From the NCBI GenBank assembly GCA_035285005.1, contig JAYKIB010000093.1, positions 190 through 64,189 of the forward strand: 64,000 bases of DNA. The letters run 5' to 3'. A program made the position numbers and the translations under genes. A model generated the notes under the pieces. It was not told where the DNA came from and did not search any database. It saw only the letters and a program-made list of their open reading frames with translations. The stretch comes from Prochlorothrix sp. (GTDB lineage: Bacteria > Cyanobacteriota > Cyanobacteriia > Prochlorotrichales > Prochlorotrichaceae). Below, piece by piece: positions 49,565 through 58,280 of this stretch; within the stretch, counting starts at the first letter, position 1; every line of letters begins with the position of its first letter.

Positions 49565-49613
49565 CAGGGTTAGCCGGCGGCGCCGCCGCCGGCCACAATT
49601 AATCGAGATGCCC
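49565..49613. repeat. Family-1 half element (inverted) with an all-GC hairpin
   Basis: CAGGGTTAGCCGGCGGCGCCGCCGCCGGCCACAATTAATCGAGATGCCC. Confidence 0.7.
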
Positions 49614-49633
49614 CCTACCCATGCATCGCATAG

Positions 49634-49670
49634 AAAGTGGCCCCGCCAAAGGCGGGGCCACTTTTGTTTT
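49634..49670 (+). terminator. Intrinsic terminator downstream of the sigma factor gene
   Basis: 14-bp perfect stem AAAGTGGCCCCGCC-AAA-GGCGGGGCCACTTT followed by TGTTTTG. Confidence 0.8.
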
Positions 49671-50063
49671 GTCCGGTAGCGCCTACTTCGTATTTCGCTA
49701 CAAGGTGTTACGGACTGAGAAGATCAGTTGCGGTGGAATGTTGCGATTCCTAGCATTTTGCAAAGGTCTAGGTTGATCTGGGGGTGAGTTTCCCCATAGT
49801 ACTTGACAGAGCATTACCGAGAAAAAATCTATTAAATCAAGATATCATGAGATATCTTCAACAGTCTGCGCTGTGCTGAAGAGACGATCGCAGTTTGTAA
49901 CACTCGGAGCTCGGAAAACCAGGATCCCTCCCCCCCCCATGCAGAATTCCAGAAGGGAATGGTACGTTGGCTCTAGAAAGACAGCACTTCTTGCTGCATT
50001 TCCTCAGACAACCGATCCTCATAATCCCCAGGGCTCGTTCCTGAGCTTTGCCTCCCCATTAGG

Positions 50064-50672
50064 GTGATTCAGAGGTTCCGTCAAAGGCTTGTTTTCATGA
50101 CTCCTGCCCGATTCCGCCTTTACCGGCTCTATACTCCAGCTATCAAACTTTTAAGGCCGTCAACTCTCCAAAACTTTCCTTTATATCGTTATTCCCTTGC
50201 CTTCGGACTGATTTTAGGAGGAATGTTAGGACCGATCGCCGGATCGAGTGGTCCTGCCTGGGGCCACGGAGCCAAGATTGACTATCGGATTCAACCCCAC
50301 GTCAGTCTGGTGGCCCGTTACGACACCGGTGAGCCCCTAGCCTCCGCCACGGTCACAATCTATAGTCCTGCGAATCCTACGGAGCCTTGGCAGACCCTCA
50401 CCACTGATGACCAGGGCCAGGTCCAATTCACTCCAGATCCTACTTTAACGGGAGAATGGGCAGTTAAGGTGCGTGAAGCGGGACACGGGGGCCTGATCAC
50501 CCTAAATTTAGATGGTTCTACCCTGAATTTAGCCAATGCCAACGCCAACTTGATGTCGCTGCCCACATCAGCCCAGGCTGCGGCCTTAAGTCCGGTTCAG
50601 CAGGGGATAATTGCGGCTTCGGTGATTTGGGGATTTGTGGGAACGAGTCTTTATTTTACGAGGAAATCCTAG
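50064..50672 (+). CDS. Accessory component of the Ni/Co ECF transporter (NikL/NikK-like: N-terminal signal/TM, periplasmic beta-sandwich, C-terminal TM)
   Basis: A hydrophobic signal sequence ending AWG|HG, carboxypeptidase-regulatory-like segments (VTIYSP...TTDDQGQVQF), and a C-terminal TM. Sits immediately upstream of cbiM/nikM. Alternative ATG at 50097. Confidence 0.5.
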   Translation: MIQRFRQRLVFMTPARFRLYRLYTPAIKLLRPSTLQNFPLYRYSLAFGLILGGMLGPIAGSSGPAWGHGAKIDYRIQPHVSLVARYDTGEPLASATVTIYSPANPTEPWQTLTTDDQGQVQFTPDPTLTGEWAVKVREAGHGGLITLNLDGSTLNLANANANLMSLPTSAQAAALSPVQQGIIAASVIWGFVGTSLYFTRKS

Positions 50673-50674
50673 GG

Positions 50675-51493
50675 ATGCATGTGGCGGATGGGTTACTTCC
50701 TGCTCCAGTGTGTATTGGAGGCTATGGGGTAACAGGACTGATTACCTGGGCGGTGTTGCGACAAATCGATCGCCGCTCCAATCCCAGTGCTGAAATTCCC
50801 AAGGCTTCGTTACTAACGGCTGCATTTTTTGTCTCTTCGTCGCTCTACATTCCAATTCCACCCGTTAGCGTTCATCTTGTCCTAAATGGTCTACTGGGAG
50901 CAATCCTAGGCCTTTATGCGTTTCCAGCCGTCCTGATTGGTCTGTTGTTTCAGGCGTTGGTATTCGGCCATGGCGGGTTATCAACGCTGGGGGTCAATGC
51001 CCTCATTATGGGAGTGCCTGCCCTCGTAGCAGCGCAGATATTTCGGTGGGGTATACCCGATCGTCCCCCGAATTTACCCCCACCCAACTTACCCCAACCT
51101 AACTTTCCCCAACCCAGCTTTGCCCAAACAAACTTACCCCCACCCAATTCTCCCCAGATCAACATCTCCCCGCCAGAGAGACCCCAGCCCGGTTTACTCC
51201 AGCCAAACGGCTCCCAAGCGAATTCTAATCTAGCTTATCGCTGGAAATTGGGGTTCTGGTCCTTTATAGCGGCGGCTTGCGGTGTTGGCCTTGCGGTTTT
51301 ATTTTTTTTCGGAGTCATTCTAACCACCATCCCCCTAGGGGTCGCCGGGTCACAGGAGCGACAGCTGTTGTGGGGATTGTTGTTGGCCCATGGACCCGTA
51401 ATTGTCCTGGAGGGGCTGTTCACAGTGCTGGTCGTTCTCTTTCTCGATCGAGTCAAGCCCAGCTTATTGCCCTGTTCCCGCAGGCATGGGTAG
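50675..51493 (+). CDS. ECF transporter substrate-capture component CbiM/NikM with a Pro/Asn/Leu-rich loop insertion
   Basis: N-terminal MHVADGLLP (the Met-His N-terminus that ligates metal in CbiM/NikM). Start set at the ATG at 50675. Confidence 0.8.
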   Translation: MHVADGLLPAPVCIGGYGVTGLITWAVLRQIDRRSNPSAEIPKASLLTAAFFVSSSLYIPIPPVSVHLVLNGLLGAILGLYAFPAVLIGLLFQALVFGHGGLSTLGVNALIMGVPALVAAQIFRWGIPDRPPNLPPPNLPQPNFPQPSFAQTNLPPPNSPQINISPPERPQPGLLQPNGSQANSNLAYRWKLGFWSFIAAACGVGLAVLFFFGVILTTIPLGVAGSQERQLLWGLLLAHGPVIVLEGLFTVLVVLFLDRVKPSLLPCSRRHG

Positions 51494-51661
51494 GCAAAGG
51501 CCGCCCAGCATGGTGGGGGTGGGGGTGATTGGAGGGAGTGGACTTTTAGTTTAGAGTGGGATCTTTGGCCGAGTGGTTTGGGCCCCGAGTCCGTCAGGAT
51601 CCCGGCCTAGACTCTGACCCAGAGGTTGCCCTAACTGGCCCGTAACTGGTGAATTCGTCCT

Positions 51662-52918
51662 ATGTCCTTTGTCTTCGATCGCTATCTCCATCTCAACTCA
51701 CCGATCCATCGCTGGGATCCGCGCCACAAGATTCTGGGCTTAATGGCCCTGATTTTTGCCTTTGCCCTGGTGGAGGATTTAGCCTTAGTTCCTCCCATGC
51801 TGGGAATCACAGCGTTATTCTACGGATTATCCCAATTACCCCTCTCTCTCTGGCGGCATCGCCTTTACTATCCGGGATTCTTCATTATGGGGGTTGTGCT
51901 ACTCCTGCCTTGGGTCTCGGGAGAGACGGTATTGGTACAGTGGGGGCCGATCGCCCTGCGCTGGGAAGGGGTGGAAGCTGCGTTGTTGATTGTGAGCCGT
52001 TTTGTCTCAATTTTGACCCTAGGCTTACTCTTGCTGGCCACTAGCCCGATCCTACAGACCCTCCAAGCCCTGCGCCGCTTAGGGCTACCGCGCATTCTGG
52101 CCGACATGATGCTCCTGTCCTATCGCTATCTTCAGGAGTTGGAGGGAATGGTGGAAACAATGGGGCGGGCGATGGTGTTACGAGGCTATGGCAGGGGACA
52201 GCGATCGATCGGGAAACCGGGGCCAAGGTCAGGGTTGGAGCGTTGGTGGCGATCGGTAATGCAACTGGCGGCGTTGTTGGGGACGTTGCTGCTGCGGAGC
52301 TACGAGCAATCAGAACGGGTATACCAGGCAATGGTGTTGCGGGGATACGGCACCCCGTTGGCCTATGGCGGATCGGGGACTGGTCCTAGCACCACGGCAA
52401 CCGGTTCTACCGCGCATGATTGCATCACACAGTCCACAAGGCCAGGTTCCACAAAAACAGGTGCTGCAAGGACTGGGTTCAAAGCCGATCTAAGTGCAGA
52501 TATCAAAAAGGTTAAGGCTAGGGCTGATCTTAATTCGGATACCAGAGCAGAGGTCAGAGCGGAGGTTAGAACTGATGCCGAGACGAATCCCCGGACCGAT
52601 GCCCGGACTGATACCTGGACTCATGCCAGAACTGCACCCAGAGCTCGATCGGCTGCGGGCGAGGGAGAAACTGCAGATATGCGATCGATCGATGATGGTT
52701 TTGGGCAAGGATTGAGACAACGGCTAGGCCAAGCGATCGGTCGATCGGGTCGAGTACTGACCCCCGACGCACTGCCGCCGGATCCGGCCCGTCTCAGTTT
52801 GTCCCTGGCCTTGGCCCGCGCCCAGCCGCGCCAACTCCCGCCGGTGGTGACGGACTTCGGGGGGTTGGTGTCCACGTTGGTGTTGGCCTTGGTGTTTGGG
52901 ATTGCGGCCCAACTCTAG
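51662..52918 (+). CDS. ECF transporter transmembrane (T) component CbiQ/EcfT with a ~200-aa low-complexity C-terminal extension ending in an extra TM
   Basis: N-terminal 220 aa have CbiQ-like topology and an ARG-type coupling motif region (MVLRGYG). Confidence 0.7.
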   Translation: MSFVFDRYLHLNSPIHRWDPRHKILGLMALIFAFALVEDLALVPPMLGITALFYGLSQLPLSLWRHRLYYPGFFIMGVVLLLPWVSGETVLVQWGPIALRWEGVEAALLIVSRFVSILTLGLLLLATSPILQTLQALRRLGLPRILADMMLLSYRYLQELEGMVETMGRAMVLRGYGRGQRSIGKPGPRSGLERWWRSVMQLAALLGTLLLRSYEQSERVYQAMVLRGYGTPLAYGGSGTGPSTTATGSTAHDCITQSTRPGSTKTGAARTGFKADLSADIKKVKARADLNSDTRAEVRAEVRTDAETNPRTDARTDTWTHARTAPRARSAAGEGETADMRSIDDGFGQGLRQRLGQAIGRSGRVLTPDALPPDPARLSLSLALARAQPRQLPPVVTDFGGLVSTLVLALVFGIAAQL

Positions 52919-53004
52919 GGACGGCCCCACACCAGGAATGGGGATTCCCTTGCTGCCCCGCCTTTGACGCCGTTTTAATCCCCTTTTAGCTTTCCCCCCC
53001 CTTA

Positions 53005-53104
53005 GGGCACCTCGAAAAATTCAAGTTTTGATCTCATGACCCACGCCAGAATCAGGGTTGGGTTGGGCGGCAAAGCCGCCCAACCCAATTAATCGAAGTA
53101 CCCC
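53005..53104. repeat. Family-1 element (same architecture as 17454-17551, opposite orientation)
   Basis: GGGCACCTCGAAAAATTCAAGTTTTGATCTCATGACCCACGCCAGAATCAGGGTTGGGTTGGGCGGCAAAGCCGCCCAACCCAATTAATCGAAGTACCCC. Confidence 0.85.
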
Positions 53105-53216
53105 TTATTTCCTTCCCCTTGACTCCCTTTAAAGAACCCCCACTGCATTCCGGTGCCCTCGCTGCCCTGCACAGATGTTTCTCTCCTCCCTTTGGTCCCC
53201 ACTCCCCGACTCTCCT

Positions 53217-54038
53217 ATGCCTATCTCTGCCATTGAAATTCACACTCTGAGCTTTGCCTATGAGGGGCAATCAACGATCCTCCAGATTCCCCAGCTTCAG
53301 GTGTTGCGCGGGGAGCGTGTTGGCATTGTGGGCTGCAATGGGGTAGGAAAGACAACGCTATTCCATCTCCTGTGTGGATTGTTGCAACCAGTACAGGGAT
53401 CGATCGCTGTGTTTGAGAATCCAGTGATTTCAGGGGCATTCTCGCCAGATGTGGGCTTTGTCTTCCAGAATCCAGAGGATCAGCTCTTTTCACCCTCGGT
53501 TTGGGAAGAGGTGGCCTTTGGACCGGGGAATATGGGCCTCAGTAATGAGGAAATTGGTCAGCGGGTTCACCGGGCCTTGGCCTTTACCGGCACTGAATCC
53601 CTGCTGCATCTACCGCCCCACCATCTGTCCGGGGGGCAAAAGCGAATGGTGGCGATCGCCAGTGTACTGGCCTTGGAGCCGCGACTGATGATATATGACG
53701 AACCGAGCGCGAATTTAGACCTCCGGGCGCGACGGCGGCTGATCCAGTTGCTGCTGGCCTCGGGGGAAACCATGCTGGTGTCATCCCACGATTTGGAACT
53801 CATCCGCGAGGTGTGCGATCGGGTCCTAGTGCTAGATCAGGGGCAGGTGGTGGCGGATGGGGCAACGGTGGCCATTTTGGCCGATCGGGGGCTGATGGAG
53901 CACCACGGCTTGGAGGTGCCCGCATCCTTGGAGCAAGAGGCCCAGAAACTGGACAGCCAGGGATTAGGGATACAGGGGCTAGACGTCCAGAGCTTGGGGG
54001 TTCCCGAGTTGCCCGTGCCGTTTCCCTATTTGCAATAG
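53217..54038 (+). CDS. ECF transporter ATPase CbiO/NikO
   Basis: GIVGCNGVGKTTL, LSGGQKRMVAIASVL, MIYDEPSANLD. Alternative upstream ATG at 53175. Confidence 0.88.
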   Translation: MPISAIEIHTLSFAYEGQSTILQIPQLQVLRGERVGIVGCNGVGKTTLFHLLCGLLQPVQGSIAVFENPVISGAFSPDVGFVFQNPEDQLFSPSVWEEVAFGPGNMGLSNEEIGQRVHRALAFTGTESLLHLPPHHLSGGQKRMVAIASVLALEPRLMIYDEPSANLDLRARRRLIQLLLASGETMLVSSHDLELIREVCDRVLVLDQGQVVADGATVAILADRGLMEHHGLEVPASLEQEAQKLDSQGLGIQGLDVQSLGVPELPVPFPYLQ

Positions 54039-54090
54039 GGCAGGTTACGAAGCTTCGTCCTTGCGTTAAGATCAGGGTTCTAAATTGTGA

Positions 54091-57012
54091 TTGAACTCCA
54101 GGGAGATTCGCGCCGTGGCCGTTGCCGTTGAACAGTTGCTCACCCCCGAAGTCAGCCGTCCCGCCCGCTACTTGGGGACGGAGTTGGGCGCAGTCCACAA
54201 GGCCTGGGTCACGGAACCGGAGCAAACCCAGGTGCGCTGGGCCTTGACCTATCCAGAGATTTACGAGGTGGGAGCCTCGAACCTGGGCCATATCATTCTC
54301 TACAACATCTTGAATGCCCAGCCCCGCCAACTGTGCGATCGAGCCTATCTCCCAGCACCGGACTTGGCGGCAAAACTCCGGGAAACAGATACACCACTGT
54401 TTGCAGTGGAGTGTCGTCGGAGTCTGAAAATTTTTGATATTTTGGGCTTTAGCCTCAGCTATGAGCTTGGGGCCACCAATATTCTAGAAATGCTAGATTT
54501 AGCCCAAATCCCCCTCACTTGGGCCCATCGATCCCAACCCAATCTCCCCCTCAGCCATCCCGACAGTTGGCCCCTCATCTTTGCAGGAGGCCAGACAGCC
54601 ACCTCAAACCCGGAACCCTATGCGGCATTTTTTGACTTCATTGCCCTAGGGGATGGGGAAGAACTGTTACCGGAAATTGGTCTAATCGTGGAAGAAGGGA
54701 AGGCCGCAGGACTGAGCCGTTCAGAATTACTGCTAGACCTGGCCCAAGTGCCGGGAGTCTATGTGCCGCGTTTTTATGACATGGCAGCGGATGGATCGGT
54801 ACATCCGAATCGGCCTGAGGTGCCAGCCCAGATTTTGCGGCGGGTAGCCACTCCGTTACCCGCCTACTCCATTGGTCTGGTGCCCTATGTGCAGACGGTT
54901 CACGATCGGCTCACCTTGGAAATTCGCCGGGGCTGTACGCGGGGCTGTCGGTTCTGTCAGCCGGGCATGCTGACCCGACCAGCGCGGGATGTGGAGCCGG
55001 ATACGGTGGTGGATGCAATCGAAAAAGGGATCCGGGCAACGGGGCACAATGAGTTTTCGCTGCTGTCCCTCAGTTGCTCTGACTATCTGGCGCTTCCGGC
55101 CCTGGGGGTGGAGATTAAGAATCGTCTCAAGGATGAGAATATTTCCCTATCGTTACCCAGTCAGCGGGTCGATCGCTTCGATGAGAATATCGCCAATATC
55201 ATCGGCGGAATGCGAAAAACAGGGATTACCTTCGCACCCGAGGCAGGTACCCAGCGAATGCGGGATATTATCAACAAAGGCTTAACCAACGAAGAGCTTC
55301 TGCGGGGAGTGAAGGAAGCTTATCAACAGGGCTGGACCAAGATAAAGCTCTACTTTATGATCGGCCTGCCGGGGGAAACGGATGCGGATGTGCTGGGGAT
55401 TGCGGAGACGGTGCGCTGGTTGCGGCAGGAGTGTAAGGGCCGTCGTCGCTTGGATTTCAATATTACAATCTCCAATTTCACGCCCAAGCCCCACACGCCA
55501 TTTCAGTGGCATTCCGTCTCCACCACAGAGTTTATGCGCAAGCAGGAGTTACTGAAGGCGGAATTTCAGGGACTGCGGGGAATTAAAGCCAACTTTACGG
55601 ATGTGCGAATTTCGGCAATGGAGGATTTTGTCGGTCGGGGCGATCGGCGGCTGGCGGCGGTGGTGCGGCGGGCCTGGGAACTGGGGGCGGGAATGGATTC
55701 CTGGTGGGAAAGTCTCGATCGGGCGTTTGGAGCTTGGACCCAGGCAATCGAGGAAGCCGGACTCACCTGGAAGTATCGCCAGGTGGAAACAGGAGAATGG
55801 AATATATTTGATAATTCCTCTGATTTAGGGACTCAGAACCCTGGCTCCTCATCTAGCAGCTCGGTCACTGCTCACTTATCAACCACTGCGAATCCAAAGG
55901 TGAGTGCATCCCCCCAGCATTCAGAGGCTACGGCAACCGGCGATCAGCAGTTGGCGGTTTCTGGCCTTCTCAATCGACCTCTCCCCTGGGATCACCTGGA
56001 TACGGGGATCAGTAAGCAATGGCTAATTGATGACCTAGAACGCGCCCTCGAAGCGGCGACGGTGCCGGATTGCTCTTTCGAGGGATGCTCCCATTGTGGG
56101 GTCTGTGGGGTGGACTTTGGCCATAATGTGGTGGTCCCTCCGCCGGTGATTCCGGAGTTTGTGGGCCATTTTCAGCCACCCAAGGAGCGGGTCCAGCGCC
56201 TACGAGTCCAGTTTGGCAAGCATGGCGATATGCGGCTGCTGAGTCACTTAGACTTGATGCGGCTGTGGGAGCGGGCAGTACGTCGGGCTAATTTACCGAT
56301 CGCGTTCACGGGGGGCTACCACCCCAGTCCTCGGATTGTTCCGGCCAATGCGTTGTCGTTAGGGATGACAAGTGGAGCAGAGTTACTGGATCTGGAAGTG
56401 ACCCGTGAGTTAGACCCAGAGCAAGTCAAGGCCCAGCTAGTCGCGCAATTTCCGGCAGAAATTCCGATTTATGGGGTTCAGGTGGTGGAAAGTAAGGCAC
56501 CAGCGCTGACAGCAGTACTGGAGAAGGCGGAGTATACCATTCAGGTGATGACTGTGGTGGCGATCGAGGATGGATCGATCGAAACCGGATCGATCGAGAA
56601 TGCGTCAACCACAAGTCCAGAGCCGGGAGAAACGGGGGGCGTGGCGGCGCTAACCCAGGCGGCATTGGATGCGGCTTTGCCAGAGGGACCGAGCCTGGAG
56701 CAGTGGCAAGGCTGGGTTGATACAATTTTGGCGGCGGAGTGCCTGGAAACGGACCATACAACGAAGTCGGGCAAGAAAATGCGGGTCAATTTACGCGATC
56801 GACTCACATCTTTAGCAGTGGTTCCCCCGGATGGGATTGGGGGATCTCTGGCGGAGGTGACGCTGCGGTATCGGGGCAGTTGCCGCAATGATGGGACGTT
56901 GCTACGGCCTGAAAATATGGTGCAAATGTTGGCGTTGGTAGCCGATCGGGAGTTTCAGCTCGTACAGGCGCATCGGGAGCGGTTATTCCTGAAGGAAGAG
57001 GGTAAAAGCTGA
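54091..57012 (+). CDS. Radical SAM protein fused to a DUF2344-like domain (TIGR03960 + TIGR03936 type fusion), with low-complexity linkers
   Basis: CTRGCRFCQ radical-SAM cluster motif. The C-terminal part (RVQFGKHGDMRLLSHLDLMRLWERAVRRA) is typical DUF2344. TTG start according to the ORF track. Confidence 0.88.
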   Translation: MNSREIRAVAVAVEQLLTPEVSRPARYLGTELGAVHKAWVTEPEQTQVRWALTYPEIYEVGASNLGHIILYNILNAQPRQLCDRAYLPAPDLAAKLRETDTPLFAVECRRSLKIFDILGFSLSYELGATNILEMLDLAQIPLTWAHRSQPNLPLSHPDSWPLIFAGGQTATSNPEPYAAFFDFIALGDGEELLPEIGLIVEEGKAAGLSRSELLLDLAQVPGVYVPRFYDMAADGSVHPNRPEVPAQILRRVATPLPAYSIGLVPYVQTVHDRLTLEIRRGCTRGCRFCQPGMLTRPARDVEPDTVVDAIEKGIRATGHNEFSLLSLSCSDYLALPALGVEIKNRLKDENISLSLPSQRVDRFDENIANIIGGMRKTGITFAPEAGTQRMRDIINKGLTNEELLRGVKEAYQQGWTKIKLYFMIGLPGETDADVLGIAETVRWLRQECKGRRRLDFNITISNFTPKPHTPFQWHSVSTTEFMRKQELLKAEFQGLRGIKANFTDVRISAMEDFVGRGDRRLAAVVRRAWELGAGMDSWWESLDRAFGAWTQAIEEAGLTWKYRQVETGEWNIFDNSSDLGTQNPGSSSSSSVTAHLSTTANPKVSASPQHSEATATGDQQLAVSGLLNRPLPWDHLDTGISKQWLIDDLERALEAATVPDCSFEGCSHCGVCGVDFGHNVVVPPPVIPEFVGHFQPPKERVQRLRVQFGKHGDMRLLSHLDLMRLWERAVRRANLPIAFTGGYHPSPRIVPANALSLGMTSGAELLDLEVTRELDPEQVKAQLVAQFPAEIPIYGVQVVESKAPALTAVLEKAEYTIQVMTVVAIEDGSIETGSIENASTTSPEPGETGGVAALTQAALDAALPEGPSLEQWQGWVDTILAAECLETDHTTKSGKKMRVNLRDRLTSLAVVPPDGIGGSLAEVTLRYRGSCRNDGTLLRPENMVQMLALVADREFQLVQAHRERLFLKEEGKS

Positions 57013-57072
57013 GTGCCTAGGTGAACATCTGGCTCAATCCCCCTAGCACCCCGATCGTCCCGAGGTTCCCCG

Positions 57073-58200
57073 ATGTCTTGTCATATCCCGCCCATGGAAC
57101 GGCTCCCCTCAGCCGTGATTTCGGACTTACTGGAGCCATTACAGGCCCAAGCCCAGGTTTTGGATCAGGATCCCCAAGCATTAGCGGAGGGCTGGCGACA
57201 GATTGGCCGCTGGGGAACCCCTTGGCTCGCCCCGAAACTAGCCCAAACCTTGGGTGAACCGGGGTTTGAAGATCCCCTATTAGCAGCGCGCTGGCAGGAG
57301 CGACTGACCCAAGCATCAGGTGCTTTGGCCTTCCTAGCCGTACAGCATCAAAGTGCAGCCATGCTCCTGAGCCGCAGCCAAACCCAGGGCCTAGAGGAAT
57401 CCCTAGAAGCTGTAAAAACGGGAAAATTGGGGTTAGGAGTTGCCTTTGCCCATCTGCGGCGAGATCCCTGTCCCTTGGAGGCTGAACAGGTCGATGGCGG
57501 CTATCATTTGACGGGTGAAGCCCCCTGGGTCACGGGCTGGGGCATTTTCGATCGGGTGGTGGTGGCAGCAACATTACCCGATCGCCGCATTATTTACGGA
57601 CTGGTGCCCTTTGCCAGTGCCGATCGTGGGGAGCAGGGTTCCCTCACCTGTGGTCCGCCCTTTGCCTTAGTCAGCTTAGCTTCGACCCAAACCGTGGCTA
57701 TTCAGTTCGATCGCTGGTATTTACCCCAGAATTTAGTCCTATTTGAGCGACCGGCAGGCTTTTTAGCCAAACAGGACCGACGGAAAGTTCTGGGGGGCAG
57801 TTTATTTGCCCTGGGCAATACGGCGGCCAGTGTGGCCCTCGTTAGGTCAATGGCCGATCGGCGGGGGGGGGACGGTTTAGCCGCGGCGGCAGGAAGCTTG
57901 GAGCAGGAGTTGGTGGCGCTGCGGGTGGCAATTTATGGGGCCTTCGCGGAACTGAACCAGATGACGGAGCCAGCAAGTGAAACCTGGGTGCAACGGGCTT
58001 TACAGTTGCGGGGACAGGCGATCGGGTTGATGGGCCGATCGGCCCAGGCTGCGGTGGCAGCCTCCAGCGGTGCGGCGAATACGGCGACCCATTCGGCCCA
58101 GCGTCTCTATCGGGAATCCTTGGCATTCACGGTGACGGGACAGTCCCAGGCTGTTATGGCCGCGACACTTCGGAATTTGACAGGCAGCAGCTGCCGCTAA
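57073..58200 (+). CDS. Acyl-CoA dehydrogenase-fold family protein (tentative)
   Basis: 375-aa ORF with no repeat overlap. The FLAVQHQSAAMLL and GEAPWVTGWG segments resemble ACAD middle and C-terminal domains. Weak assignment. Confidence 0.45.
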   Translation: MSCHIPPMERLPSAVISDLLEPLQAQAQVLDQDPQALAEGWRQIGRWGTPWLAPKLAQTLGEPGFEDPLLAARWQERLTQASGALAFLAVQHQSAAMLLSRSQTQGLEESLEAVKTGKLGLGVAFAHLRRDPCPLEAEQVDGGYHLTGEAPWVTGWGIFDRVVVAATLPDRRIIYGLVPFASADRGEQGSLTCGPPFALVSLASTQTVAIQFDRWYLPQNLVLFERPAGFLAKQDRRKVLGGSLFALGNTAASVALVRSMADRRGGDGLAAAAGSLEQELVALRVAIYGAFAELNQMTEPASETWVQRALQLRGQAIGLMGRSAQAAVAASSGAANTATHSAQRLYRESLAFTVTGQSQAVMAATLRNLTGSSCR

Positions 58201-58280
58201 GGTGACAGCAAGCTGCCCCAGGGAATCCTCGGCCTCACGTTGCCCCCAGGTACCGGTCCGTTGCGATCATCCCGTCGCGA

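Noticed and set aside
49680-50063. Expected cobalamin or NiCo riboswitch upstream of the Ni/Co ECF cluster. The GGTGAAAATC strings in family-1 repeats also superficially resemble a B12-element segment.
   Set aside because: No B12 box (AGYCMGGAGACCKGCC-like) or GCCACTG core is present in the upstream region. The GGTGAAAATC string is part of a dispersed repeat and is not linked to cobalamin genes.
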